Program-made: the position numbers and the translations under genes
The notes under the pieces: model-generated
The model's input: only the letters and a program-made list of their open reading frames with translations
What the model was told of the DNA's origin: nothing
Databases searched by the model: none
NCBI GenBank assembly: GCA_904063045.1
Contig: CAJFCJ010000028.1
Span: 811,230-875,229 of the forward strand
Direction: 5' to 3'
Origin: Dimorphilus gyrociliatus
Lineage: Eukaryota; Animalia; Annelida
DNA: 64,000 nucleotides
Shown here: one piece after another, positions 11,701 to 26,300 of the stretch
Layout: every line of letters begins with the position of its first letter
How positions within the stretch are numbered: position 1 is the stretch's first letter

Positions 11701-14682
11701 AAAAAAATGAGATTTCATTAAATCTAAAACCCGCTACATACTTCTTCGAAATTCTTGATTAAACAGAGCTTAATTAAAGGATAAAAAATCGTTGCATAAG
11801 ATTTATTGAATTTCCTGTATAGGAAGTGCCTTTCCTGATATAATATACAAAAAGAAAGATTGCAAATTGATGTGAAATGTATCCGCTAATAACTGTATAA
11901 AATGTTGTAGTATTAAAGTTATTTATATAATGCTACCTGTTCAGAATAGTTAATTTTATTCTATATACAGAGACTAATAACTCAAATTGTTATTGCGTAG
12001 TATGAAAAAAAAATCACTTTTTTATTTAAACATTATGGGAAAATGTTTCGTTTAGCTTTTACTTTCTTTCATAGGTTTTATGGTTAAGATCTGAATTAGA
12101 AGAAGAACGTAGACAAGCGTCTTTACAGATTGAAAATGCTTACAAATACGTTGAAAACGAACGTTTAAAAGTTCGAGAAATTTTTGATATTTTATACGAC
12201 ATTGAAAGTTTGTTTGGCGGAGATGAGACACAAGATGCTCTCACGACAGCAAGAAATATTTATGATAAAATTAAAAACATGGAATACGTGACTACTGGAG
12301 TTGGTAGACGTCACGAAGAAGATCTAAAACTACTAAAAGATGAGTGTGAACAGCTTAAAAATAAACTATTAGAGGAAAGGAAAATTAATAGTAGTCAAAC
12401 AGGGAAGTTAATGTATGCTTTAGGTGTGGCAGAAAGAGCCGCAACGAAGAGAAGGAGACGGTTACTGAGAAATGCCAGTGTTCAAACGGATATTCAAAAA
12501 CACAGGAATAAGGGTATTCAATTTTCTGGAATGAGTTGTATATCAAAGGCTGTTCAGACAGTTGGTTCATTCGGAGGTATACAGCAAAAGAAACTAGCTC
12601 TTTTAAATTTAGGAGTAGGCGATGAAGCAACTCCAACAAGACGGAGCACAGGGTTGCCTCAATTAAAAAAAGGCGTGAGTTTCAGTCTTCATGATGATAA
12701 TTATCAACTACGAAAGAATATTCATATGGGTGAAGTTTTACGAGAAACAAAGAATATGTATTGCTTATCTGATGAATTTTTACAAAAGAGATCATTACTC
12801 TTAAAAGATAGTATGAAATTAAAGAAAACGTCTTTAGCTGAATTAAAGAACAGTTCCTCAAATCATTGGAAATTATCATCTACAAACTTATCATTAAGCG
12901 AAGATATATCAGAAAATCGTAAATCATTTATACCACCCATTGAGGAGACGATAAGGAAAAGGTTTACATTATCAAGTGAGGATCAAAACGTAAAGAAAAG
13001 TAAGTTGATAGTCATAGCTTTTCATTTAACATTTATCTTATATAAGTATGCATTAATGGTATATTTAAATGTAAAGAAGCCATATTGTGTATATCATACA
13101 TATAGTATACATATTACTTAAATTGTGTCTAATATACATTGGTTATTTATTGCGAAAACTCATATCTCTAAGTGTTATAGAGGAAATTTGGACTGAGAAT
13201 TTTTACCTAAAAACTATTTATGTTACATAGATTATCATACAGCTGACTGCGTACTGTTCTGTAATGGTATAAAATATTGATAATCTGTCTGAACAGAGGT
13301 TAAAAGAAAAAAAATATGACATTTAAGAAAAGTACTCATTTATTCCACATCAGACGACAAATTACTAAAGAACTAACAATTATTTTGCTGTCAAATGAAA
13401 CAATCCAATATATTTTCTCAGAAAATTATTACTGACCTAAAATGTTATTAAATATATTATAGATGATTTCATATCTTTTATCTTTACAGAATAAAAGATA
13501 TAGTTGGAGAGGGAAAGAAATAGAGAGAAAGAGAGAATTAGCGGATAAAATCTAGCAAAGAGAATAGGTGTAAAAAATAATTCATCCCTTTCTATTTCTG
13601 TTTCTCTTCTTCCCTACTCACATCCTTCAGCTATTTCCTAGAAATTCTCTTTTTAACTAGATTATAAAGGACGAATCAAAAAGCAATAGCACATATGGCT
13701 CATTCTTCAAAAATTAGCCTACTTTATTGCAGAATATTTAATAAACTTCGGTAGTTAACGCTTGAATCTTGAAAAGTTTACAGATATTTTAAACTATTTT
13801 GTACAGTGAGAAAGTCAAGGGCATCATATATTTATGGTTATGACGTTTTATTATGACTAATGCATCAGAGTTGTTTCTTTCTTGATATAGCATTGACAGT
13901 AAACGTAAATTTCATAAATGAAAACTATCCATCTGATAAAAGAAAATTTCTTCCTAATTTAAACTAATACTGCTTGGATATTATTGATCGCTAGCGTTCC
14001 TAATAAGTATTAAATTCTTTTAAGCTATCTCTCTTTTCTATATTCTTTTTTTAAATTGATAGATGTCGCTTTATACAAACTAATGAAAACAAACTTTGAA
14101 AAAAAATTTCTTACTTGACTTTACCAGGCTGATTCGTAGGTTTTATCGATTTAGTCATTAAGTCTAATGTCTGTCGCCTTTCAAGACTAAAGGAAAAAAT
14201 ATGGGGTAAAGGCGTGCAATGATAATGACTAAAAATTAAAAATAGTCTTCTTTTTCATTAGTTTTTTCTATAAAAGAAAAAGATACTTTGTACCCTATAT
14301 TTGTATAATTATTACTTCCTTTCATTGTACCAGTATTTAAATAATATTCTGTGATTTTGTTTTCAAATAACCTATTTACAATTACGTTTTTATTGCTCTT
14401 TTCTTAGAGGAAAACAATGAAAAGAGTCGCCAAAAGAAGATTATGTTTTCCAATGGGATAAATACAAAGGATATAAAAAAGAGAACTACGAATGAAATAT
14501 GTTTACGATGTGAACGCCCCCTGACGGCTCCACCACCCTGCCGCTTTCATCCGCGTTCTAGATGCAAGCTTGAGCAATACGACGTAGCGCGAGGTAAAAT
14601 ACTAAAGGTCGTTCAAGTTTGGGAATGCTGCCTCCGCGAATCGACGGCCTCTGGTTGCTGCACGGCCGTCGACCACGTTTAA
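8778..14682 (+). CDS. Uncharacterised coiled-coil protein with C-terminal Cys/His zinc-binding motif (4 exons, 469 aa)
   Basis: Exons 8778-8878, 9924-10032, 12075-12999, 14408-14682; all GT-AG, phases 2/0/1 match, total 1410 nt. Acidic N-terminus (SDEDDDDVES), coiled-coil (LRSELEEERRQ; LKLLKDECEQLKNKLLEERK), C-terminal CLRC-x9-CRFHP...WECC-x7-GC...HV. Confidence 0.8.
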
Positions 14683-14688
14683 CTGTTT

Positions 14689-17600
14689 ATGGAAAAGAAG
14701 CGTCTATTTGGTATTATCCTTGTGACGCCGTTGATGGCAGTCACTTGGGCTTGCGCAACTAGACTTGCTAAGAGTATTTGCTTCGAAAACGATGAGACTT
14801 TTAAGTCGCCTTCCATGCTTGTATTCATAACGTCGGCTTGCCTATTTCCAGTGTTTCCAATTTACCTTATTATTGCTAGAAAAGGATTATCAACCGTTAG
14901 GGATTATATGAAGGATGAGAAACCTCTAAGAATGCTAATGAAATTTTTTATGTTTTGTTTTTTGTCATGGATTTCGAATTATTCTTATATTAGTAAGTTC
15001 TAAATCCTATTTCACCTAAAACTTATTAAGACAAATAGTATAGACTTAAATAAAGAACAATACGTAACAACTTGTAAGATAATTATGTAATTAATCATTG
15101 AATATTGAAGTAATATTTAATAGAATAAAGAAGTTGTCTTTTATCAATTAAAGCACTTTTTATTCAGAATTTCCATATTCTTTTCCCTTGGTTATTTATT
15201 TATTTATAATCAAATATATATTCTTTAATCTTTACTTTTTTGACAATTCCAGGACCTTTTTTCTGTTTTTATTTATTTCAAGTCTTTCTAATATGTTTAC
15301 TGTATATATTTTATATTTTCTAGACTTTTATTATAGCAATACTTCTATCGTTATGTAAGCTAAAATAAGTTATGAATATTACTATTCAACTATTCTTTGT
15401 TAAGCTTTATAATCATTTCTAAGTATCCATTAACTTAGTCCTTTTTAATCATTTATTGGTTGTAGGTAAATAAGAGTTTATCCTGCTAATTGGATGTTAT
15501 CTTTAAGATTGTTTTGTTAAATGAGTAAGAAATGGAGACAAATGCAGTGTTAGTCTGCTAGCAGTCTTAAAAGAGTTTTTATATTATTCTCGTACGGGCA
15601 TAAAGAAAAAAAACTAATTCATATTATTCCGCCTACTTTTTTCCCCTCCACCCACCTCTTATCTGCGAAATAAAAAAAAAAGAAACAAAAGGAAAGAGGA
15701 TTGATCTCTATTGATATTTCCAATAATATTTCAATAGTTAATACTTGAAGAACAGTTCGTTATTGAATTAATAGGAAAAGTAAAAAAGGCATCATTTTCA
15801 ATGTCGTTTAAGAATTTTTTTTAAACAACTCATATATTATTTGGATTTTAATTTGTAACCTAATTACTTAATCCTCTACCAGGAGCATTGAGCATGCGCA
15901 CATCAACCGAGGTTACAACATTATTTGCTGTTAATCCAGCTTTGGTCTCCTTATCTTCTTGGATCATCCTACATGAAAAGTTTGTTGTTACAAAGGTTAG
16001 TTAATGGCTTAACATTATTTCTTTACAATTACGTAAAGTAAACGAAAACAAGACGGAATAAAAGCAGATTAAGACAAATTGACTATTAGTCGCGATAATC
16101 GTTATCATCTTTATTTTTCGGTTAATGAACTAAAAAGTTTGTAAATGATTGGTGACTATTTGCCAAACGCTCCTCACAAAGACGATCGTTTGTCAATGAA
16201 TAATAATCCAGATCGATAGTGTACTCTTGGCTTTTATTTTACTTTATTATTTTATTAGGCCTATTTATTACCTTAGGTTGTATTTTATGATGAATAAACG
16301 ATTTCTTAATAAAAGAATTAAAAATATTTTATGGGTAGATATCAAAAGAAGACTACTGTTTTAAAAAGACTGTATTTTAAAAAATTTACGTAATTGAAGA
16401 GATTACTAAAATAAAGTAGGTTAACCGTAAGAGAAAGCCAGACAGAGAGTGAGAGAGAGAGAGAAAACTATGACTTCTCGCAGACAGTATCCACTTGACT
16501 AATAAAGATTTTATAAACAGAGTAGAAGAGTTTATTGGCATATTCTAAATTTAAAAGATGATTGATATTGTTGACGTTCATACTTTAGGTTTTCAAAAAT
16601 TTTTAATAGAAAACATTCTGATGAATGATTTCCAATTTAGGATCAATTTACATCTCGGTTTCGATTGAATAAGAAACAAATAATAAACATTACATTAATT
16701 AAAGATTGCCTATCCTATAAAATTAATAATTAAGGCCAAGTATTGTATTTTTTTATAGCTTTTCCCCTGATTTCAACCAAAGGAACTGATAAAAAATAAC
16801 TTCGATTCTTAGTTTCCTGTTCCCTTTGAAGTATATACATCTTATTTATATACATAGTAAAACTAATGTCAATTTTCTTCTCTAGTAAACCATTAACTTA
16901 TTTGAAGAAATAAGAAAATTTCTTTATTATTGTAAATCGATCATCTTGCTTATTCGTCTACAATTCAAATAGGCTTAACTTATTTGTTTTTATTTAGCTG
17001 TAATATGTTAATTTTTTGTGTTTTTTTTTTCTGATTTAGTTTTATAAGTGAGGTTCGTGGAATTATTCACTCTACTGATGATTTCCCCTAGATACGACTA
17101 ATTTGATAGAAAGTCATTCATTAGAACCAATCCGACCCATCAGAATATTTTCTCCATGCTATTCACAGTAAAGTGATGCTAGAAATGACTCAGTAGTTGT
17201 AAGATATATTCATAAAATATGATAATGCCTAAATCATGATATATTGATACTTCCAATCTAAATTACAACTATTAGTCATCCGCTTTTTTTTTACTCAGTG
17301 TTTACAACCTAATTTAGCCGATTGTCTACTTTTGATGTTTAAAATTAGAATTTTTTGTTTTAATCCTCGAATAATATATTTTTTTATAGAAAGTAAGTTT
17401 ATTTTAGTAGTATAAGTTTAAATTAGAACATGTAGACTTTATCGTACATTTATGAATCACATATGTTTAAATGCATGAAATTTTCTGATTTTTCTTCATT
17501 AATTATAAAAGAATAGCTTGAAATCTTGTATTTCTTATTCATTATCATATTTCAGTAATTTTTCTTTTTATAGAAATATTATTCTTTTTTTGCACAAGTC

Positions 17601-19578
17601 AGCTAAATTAGTATTTTGAATAATTACTGATCTTTTTAAAGGGTAACACCCTTTTCTAAGATTATTCTTGATAGGCGAAGTAAATATGTGGAAGCAGTCG
17701 ATTAATTAAGGCCTTATAACAACCAATTCAATCATGTGGATTAATAGATTGGCTTCAATATAGTTATTATATCAGATGTCAATCATTTACGAATTTAATT
17801 AATTCATTAACATAATTACTTTCAAAATTTATATTTAGTTATTGAATGACCGGAAATTGTTTAAATATTTCAAGAAAAATTCGTATAGAGAGTAAGCAGA
17901 ATGAGTATAGTTAATGTTTTAAACACTACAAGTACAAAAGGCCTACAAATATTAAAGAAGAAAAAAAACAATCGAAAACGCTTGTTCGTAATCTATAAGT
18001 AATAAATACTGTAGCTTAATCTTCTTGAACAGCTATTAAAAACAGAAACAACATCTTTGATTGGTTTAACAAAACTTGATTAAGACAAAGCTACAAGAAA
18101 CACTGACTAGTGAAAACGCCTGTTTTTCGTTTTTAATGTATAACAACAACAAAAACAGAGAGAAAGCTTATAAAAATACAAAAATTCTTTACACGAAATT
18201 ACACTATCCTCAGTATAAATTAATAAATATTTTCCTATTAGCTCTATAAGTAGTAACATCAAACCTTTACTTATTATAACACGTACTGTTTCAACCAGAG
18301 AGATAGAGCAAATCAATCTAATTTGACAGTAGCCCTTTTTTCTGCACTCGTATCGTATTTTAATTATTAAAAGTTTATACAATCAATGTATAAAGTACAT
18401 ATCTCACTCTTAAAAATAACTTCATGAATTTGTTTTTGCGTTTGAAGGGGAAACAACTACAATGAGCACAAACACAAAATGAGTTAGAGAGAGACATTGA
18501 ACTTGGGAGAAACTTGTTTAGTATATAATATACTTGAATAATACCTATGTTATCCCATATTGTATTCAGTTAGAAACATTGAAAGTAACGATAACTTACC
18601 ATTCGTAAATCGCTTATTCATAACTTGAGCAAATTTAGATCAATAACATCCGTAATGGGAATTGGTAAGACATTTATTCGTCAGTATTTCAAATTTAATG
18701 TTTGACGCTTCATTATTCTGCCGACTGTTAAATAGAGCATTAACTTAATTTTGAAATTATGTTAAATATGCATTTGCAAAATGTGAAAGTTGATATTTTC
18801 CATTTTCTATCTAAATAAGAATGAAGAGAAATTAACTATTTTGAATAGAAAATAAAACCTAATATACAAATAATTCAAAAATAATAACTGATTTTAATAC
18901 TGTTAATGTTCACGATCATCAATACTTAATATCTATAAACTAAATGGATTTACTATTCATACTTTCCATCATTTCCAGGTTATAGCTGTAATAATCTCGA
19001 TGACAGGAGTTGCAATGTTGGCCTATATGCATAAGTCACCTTCTAAAATGTGGGCGGCTTTGTTAGTCGTTTTTAGTGCTGCTATTTCATCAACCTATAA
19101 AGTTTTATATGTTAGATTTTCATCTCCTAATTCGAAGTCTGTTGGGTCTGTGGCGTTCTTCCTCAGTGGCGTTGGTTTATGCAGTTTACTATCAAGTTGG
19201 CCTATACCTTTGACTCTAGCTTTAACCGGGGTCGAACCACTCAATAATCCTCCTTACGGTTTAGTGGCAGGGACTATTGCGTTGGCTGTTGCCGCTACGC
19301 TATTTGCCAATATAGGATCAACTTTAACTTACAACGTTGCTGTCCAAGCAGGTTTAATTCTGTCGATAGGCGTTGCGATAATCCTTGACGCCTATTATGA
19401 ACAGTTGGATTACAGGCCAATGCAAATTGGAGCTATGGTGCTGATTGCTTGCAGTTTTATTTTCGACGCATGCATTAATATACTATTTGAATATTGTAAT
19501 AAAGTTTATTGTAAAGATAGAATTAAGAAAAAGCAAGAAAAGACAGAATCCAGAAATGGACTTTCATATAACAGATAA
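14689..19578 (+). CDS. SLC35F3/4: SLC35F3/F4-like drug/metabolite-superfamily transporter (3 exons, 338 aa)
   Basis: Exons 14689-14992, 15883-15995, 18979-19578; phases 1/0 match. Motifs TWACATRLAK, SNYSYIRAL, TTLFAVNPALVSLSSWIILHEKF, SAAISSTYKVLY and multiple TM helices align with the SLC35F3/F4 pattern from memory. Confidence 0.88.
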
Positions 19579-21075
19579 CATTTTTTCGTATATCTTGAAC
19601 TCTTCTCTCGTAGATTAACAATTGGAAAATTTTACATTTTTATCAAACTCTTTTTTAGGTTTTCTGCAATTTTTTCTACTTTTATTAGTATTCAAATTTT
19701 ATTCAATTTATATATAAAATATACAGAAATTCAACGAAAGAGCGAAAGAGACAAATAGGGAATGAAAGAATAGAGCCTCATTTTCTGTTTCCTTTTATTT
19801 TTGCACGTACACGTACGCCATCTACTTTTCTATTTTCAAGTGAATTACATAAACATTTTGAAAACTATCAAAACGACGATTTTATCAATAATATATAAGT
19901 AATAACAAATACATTCAGATATTACACTCTCCTCTATTCATTTATGTAATAAAAGTGTTAATATAAGCAAGTTATACACTTTTTTTTAATGTAAAATCTG
20001 CATAGTTTCGTCAAACTTGAATATATTGTTTCTGTTCAATAAATACAACTTTTTAAATATACTCTTTCATCACTGAAGACAATAAAGACTATATTCATTA
20101 GTTCTTTCTATATAAAATTAACTAACTCAAAAATATAGATACGAATAGAAAATGCTAAAAAAAGAGATTTTATTGCAGTTTACTCCATCTGGTGTTTGAA
20201 AGAAAGATTTTATAAGAAGAGAAAATAACGTCGACTGATTGAAAGAACGAATGCAATTTTTTTGTGTTGGTTGTAGATTTATTAATAAAATGTTTATTCA
20301 ATATAATCAGTCTGCAAACTGTGCTTTCAAAAGTCTGTTGAAGTCAATTTGCTCACCAACTATATTATAGAATTCCTATTAAAAAAGCCGAATATTCTGT
20401 TTGATTACCTTTACTTAATTATAAAGAACGAAGTAATTATCATATGCTCGGTATAGATATTATAAATATAAATATAAAGTATATATTCAATTAGTATTTC
20501 ATTGCATAATATTTCTTTTCATTCAATAGACTGACTGATAATACTGTACAAATGATAGTATTATCTTTACCTCTCTTCTATAATATGTAATAATCAATTA
20601 AAGTGATACCATTTTGTTTTTATTTCCATTATAGTTTAATTTTGCGGGACTATCTTAATCATCTCTTTGTAATGTTATTATAGTAACTTTTTTATTACAA
20701 TTTCAGTTGTAGCCATTCAATTTTCAAGGCAAAAAGTCAATGCTTTATATTTTAAAAGTCAATAATACAACACATTTACGTTTACAAAAGATGTATATGC
20801 ACTAGGCTCTCAATGTATATTCTGAACTGTTTTACTACTTATATTTGACCTTAGTGAACGTTCTAAATAAAGAAAAATATAAATTAACAGTGGATTTCAT
20901 GTTGCTTCTTTCCCATATACCAATTTCCATCTTTTTTCGTCATTTGATTATTTCTATTTTCCTTTCTAAAATATGTTTCTTTATGCAAAACCACGATTTT
21001 TTATAATTAATCAATATTAATACATTTAAAATCAACTGTTATGTAATGCTTCTCTTTTTGGTTACTCTCGTGTTT

Positions 21076-21080
<5 letters not shown>

Positions 21081-21108
<28 letters not shown>
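21081..21108. repeat. (TA)n microsatellite
   Basis: Perfect TA run directly visible. Confidence 0.95.
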
Positions 21109-23387
21109 CTAATATATATCTTTTTTTAACCTATATTCTTTGATTATTCCTTTTGACAAATAATTAACGTCTTAAGGATTCCAACTTAATGATTGTAGTG
21201 CGGTAGGGAATAGACGACAAGCGTAAAAGGAAAGAATAAATAACGTAGAGAATAATTTAAGGATTTAGGAGGAAAGTTACCGAGATTTTGTGGGACTGTG
21301 GTAGAAAAAAAAAGGAAAGATTCTTTTGGCTAGTCTACTAGTAATTTCTTACTGCTGGTCTGTCATTGTAAGTATCCTATTAAAAAAAGTATATAGAGAG
21401 AGTGGGAGCTGACAAAGGTTTTCAGAGAATAAAAAAAGAGAAGAAATCTCAAAGTCCGAAAGGATGAAGAAGTATATAATCAATTTAGAGAAATAATTTT
21501 ATGACATTTAATAACGTGGGCTACTTATAGAAAATGACGAAATTATTAAGACAGTATTTATATTAAATATTCCCAATTCTTTTCAGTGTGTCCATTTATG
21601 GGCAAATATCTGGGTGAAACTAATAAACTCTATGCAGGGAGAAAAGAAGGTCAGGTGGCTTTTTCAACAGTACGAAAGAAACAAGCGTATAAATGATGAG
21701 CAAAAGAAAATATGAAGAAAGAATAATTTCGTCCTGTACTGACGATTAATCAACCTGCACAATAACTTTCGTACTATTTATTCTATCGATAGCAAAAGGT
21801 AAAAGAATATGGATTGCTGCTTATATTTTAGTCTAAAGGGAAGCATACATTTGAATAGAATTTCAGTCTATTTCTAACTAAATCTAGTAAATTATTCTTA
21901 AAATTTTGAATAATGTAAATACTTCTAGAGAATATCAGATCTATCTCTAAGTCAATCAGTTATTGAACAACAATTTTCAATGTAAATAAATTATTAAAAA
22001 TATAAAGTACTGGGTAAACGTCCTTTTCAATATCTTACTATATTTCTCTTTATTTCTTTTTAGTTTAATACTTAATACTTACTTCATTGACTTAGGATGA
22101 TCCTATGATGTACTTGACTGTTGTATTGTTTTTGAACAAGACAATCGATCAAGATCATCCTATGTCAATGAACGACAAATAATAATGCATGATTTACAGT
22201 TCATACGTCTGTGTGTGTGTATGACTTATAATTCGTGATTCATGTTTATAATCTATGATTTGTGACTCGTAATGGATGAGGTATGAAAGTTAAGATGTAA
22301 AACAGTAGACATGAATGGTGACACAGTTTTGAATTTCGTTAGCTATTGAGTCTTGACCGATGTCAAGCATTCAGATATGGGACAACGAAATAAGTCAAAA
22401 TGATGTATACAACTGGCAAATTTCAGTAGTATACAGTCAACGAGATAAAATAAATTTGACGACGTATCGTACCGACATGTTGTATGACAGAAAACCTATA
22501 ACCAGCTCGATTTAACGTTAACAATTCTGAGTAGTTTTAATCACTTATTGATAATGTATATACTTCTTTCTCAACAGTTAATAATTTAAAATCTACTGCA
22601 ATGTCAATTGCATTATTATTTACAATTAAATGAACTGAATAATACTTAATAGACTCTGTATTTATATTATTATATGGACAAGGTCTATTGTCAAAAACTT
22701 TTACCTATATAACCATATTAAACGGTTAATAAAGTTAAGAAATATATGAAGGAGTCAATGTAGCGATATATCTCTAAATCTAAGTAAGGGATATGAAATA
22801 AGATGATCCGAAAGTAAAAAAGAAACGTACAGTTACAAATGAAGAGGGGAATTTGCCAGATGAAGTAGAGAAAGAAGATGATGACAACAAGTGTTGATTG
22901 AAAATCAATTATTAAAACCGAAGAGTGTCAATTGCCATTGAATTTTGAGGGTATAAACTTGTTGAAAAGAATAGACGAAGTAGTTTAAATGTTTAATTTT
23001 AGGAAGATGAAACAGTCGAAGAAGAAAAAGCCATTATAGTGAAAATGTTGAATGTCTTTTTAAATAAAAAGAAACAATGCTTATAAAAATAGATATATAA
23101 ATAACTAACTAAAGTATGATGTACTATCTTAGACAATAAATTTCTTCATATCAAAGGAATTGAATAAATCAACTCTTGATTAAGTCTCTTCACAACTCTT
23201 GATGTTTATATATTTTATAGGAATCTTTTTTTTTTAGATGTCCCATAAAGCGAATGAAAAACTAAAAAACATGTTAAACAAGAACAGATAAATGTACAGA
23301 CTTTCGTATTGCATACTCTATATACTATATATATACATATATATATATGTATGTTAGCATGAATGTTATATTTTTTTTGTTACTTGG

Positions 23388-26300
23388 TCAATTTAAGGTC
23401 AGATAATTGATAAATAATAAATTTATAACAATTCTATAAAAGGGATGCAATATCTTTGATCGCATAGCAAAGTTTCTACGGGAAATATTTATTTCCAAGT
23501 TATCTTTCGAGTTTGTAGTAATGTTATACTTATAGTTTGAATCGTCACCCCAATGAATCCACCTTCTGGAATAGTAGATAGGCCATGAACGAGGCTCTGA
23601 ATTGCGATTTATTGGCTTGATATATCTATTGCTAATCTTCTCAAACCTCAACTTATTTAACATAAACTTCATTATTTTTTTATTTTCGTTAGCTACGTTT
23701 CTCCGCTCGCAAGGATCCGATTCAAGATCGAATAAGCAGCCACCGTTATTGCACGTTATGTTATTTGGTTCGATATTTTTGCAATCAATTAAAAGGGGAC
23801 GCATTTCGAATCTTCTGCCAATTAAATGTAAACATTTTGCCGCATCGCTTTCTAGTTCGTTCATATCAGCGAAAGGTGCATTCCTTTTGAAAATTTGTCG
23901 TAATTGTTTAAGAATATCTCTCAATTCAGGTTTTGTCGAGTTCAAAAATTGTGTATAATTATTAGTGACCATTTCGAGCACACAGTCGACTGTTGGCTGA
24001 TTAAATTCTTCTACTAAAGTGCTTAGACTAGATCGCACTATCGTTCCATTAAAGCCTTCAAAAATTCGTTGACGACCACGATCATTTCTTTTTGATGTAC
24101 TTTCAGAATTGGTATCCAATAACAATTTCCAATTTTTATATCTATAACCCGATAACTTTGTAATCGGGTCAATATTTAACAGAATAAATAAGCGTTTATC
24201 AGATTCTTTACCACGCATTAAGTCCCACCATTGCTTAAAGCCATCCAGTTGACTTTCCAAACTAAAAAATTTGATATTTGGATATTTTGCCACTTGAAGA
24301 AGAGTTGGTAACCAATCTGTAATGTGCATTAATTGGTTAGATGTGTATCCTTTTTTTCGTTCCGTTGTCCAAATAAAGGCAGTTCCTCGGATCGAACCTT
24401 CCCATAGTTCATTCTGCTTCCCTCTAAATGAAATAGAAAGCAAAACTCTTAACTCTTAACTAGTTAAATCAAATGTAATACAATAAAGTGCTAACTTGAA
24501 TGGATGATTATTATGAAATTGATCGTGTGCTCCGTTGTCAGTTGTGAATACTATGAAACTATTTTGTAAAATATTATTTCTTTGTAGCTCTTTAACTAGC
24601 TTTCCAATAGAATCATCCAAAATTGCCATAAGAGCAGCAAACTTTTGTATATTCGTTATAGTACTATTATGGTAAAAATGTTTAAATCTTCTTAAATAAC
24701 TCTTTGGTATATGTAAATCAGTATGGTATCTTGTATTTGCAGCATGATGTGATATATACATGAACATAGGCTATTTTAGAAGAAATAAACGATTAATTTA
24801 ATGTATAGAATATACATAATATATGTTTACTTACCTTCGATTTATCGCGCTTTTCAATTAAATGTTTAATTCTCTTATCAAAGAGATGTGTGGTGTAACC
24901 AGATATATTAATAGGTTTATCATTTTCAAAGAAATCTATACCCCAACTTTCTCTCTATTCGAATTTATTACAAAACAAAACAAACAAAAATATAAAAATT
25001 TAATTAAGCTTTACAGCTAAAAATGCTGATATCAAATTTCTACTAACTTTGCTCTCATTCTTTGCATGCTCGTGGTTCAGATAATCTACATATTCATTAT
25101 AGAATCCAAATTGGCTATCAAATCCACGTTTTGTTGGGCAATACTCTTCTTTATAATAACCCAGATTCCACTACGTAGGGGATTCAAAATATTTATTAAC
25201 CCTTGTAATTTTTGGTTTGTGATTAGTAGTTTATTAATAATCAATAAAGCATCATTATAAACACAGTATTTTAAGTTGACTTTCTTCACGGTTCATTAAA
25301 TGTTTACTGGTTTTACTAGCAATTTATTCGATTTAGGTTGATAAATAATTCAAACTATTCTCCTTTATTGAAAGGAAGACAATAGCTTTATCTATCTCTG
25401 TTTGCAAATATATTCAGCATGTAAGAAGAGACTATTAACTTACTTTACCAACAAGATGAGTACTATATCCAAGTTCTTTAAGATACTGGGGTAATATCTT
25501 TTCTTTTAAGGGTAAGCCGTATGGTTGATCGGCTAGTATATCTCCATGTTGCAAGCCTATAATAATTCAAAAAGTAGAGAAAAATGAATAATAACGTTAA
25601 CGAAAGATTAATTTGTAAATATTTAGTGTTACTCCTCCAGCTTCCGTGATTATATTTACAATACCAGAATTTTCTACTACATTTTTAAAAAGTTTTTTAT
25701 CTCTTAAAGGCGTTTTCAATCAATTTGTTTGCTATAAGTCAACATGATATAACGCTTAAGGTAGTATAAGCACCACACATGAATATAATGTATAAATATA
25801 TATTAGTATAGGTATACGTAATATATATTCTGCTGTTATACTGTTTATACATATATTGTATATAAAACTTTATCCGTTGTTAATTTCTTTAATATTTCTT
25901 ACTTATTATTGATAAAATCTTACGTAACACTCAATTTATCGCATATTATTACACTATATAGCAATCTCTTATGAACGGAGTGTAACTTTCTACAAACAAA
26001 CTGTTGATTAACAACCCTAAAATAATATTAGTCAGAGAAACAAGAGAGATGAAAATTTCTACCCTAAAATGTGGATATTCATTCGAGTAAATTAGTTTGA
26101 TAGATAAAAGTAGATCCCAAAACTAAATCTTTCATTATTTTCACTATTTATCATGTACACAAAATACGGGATATATATAAACATAAGTATATATATTTAA
26201 ATAGGTATCAATAGATATAGATCCGTGAAAACAACTCTTTATCTTTAAAAATATTATATTATTAGGACTTTAAAATAAAACTATCAGCCATTCTATTCTC

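Noticed and set aside
18107-18382. 91-aa minus ORF in SLC35F intron 2
   Set aside because: Low-complexity AT-rich translation without motifs or splice support.
23602-23958. 118-aa plus ORF
   Set aside because: Antisense to the last sulfatase exon.
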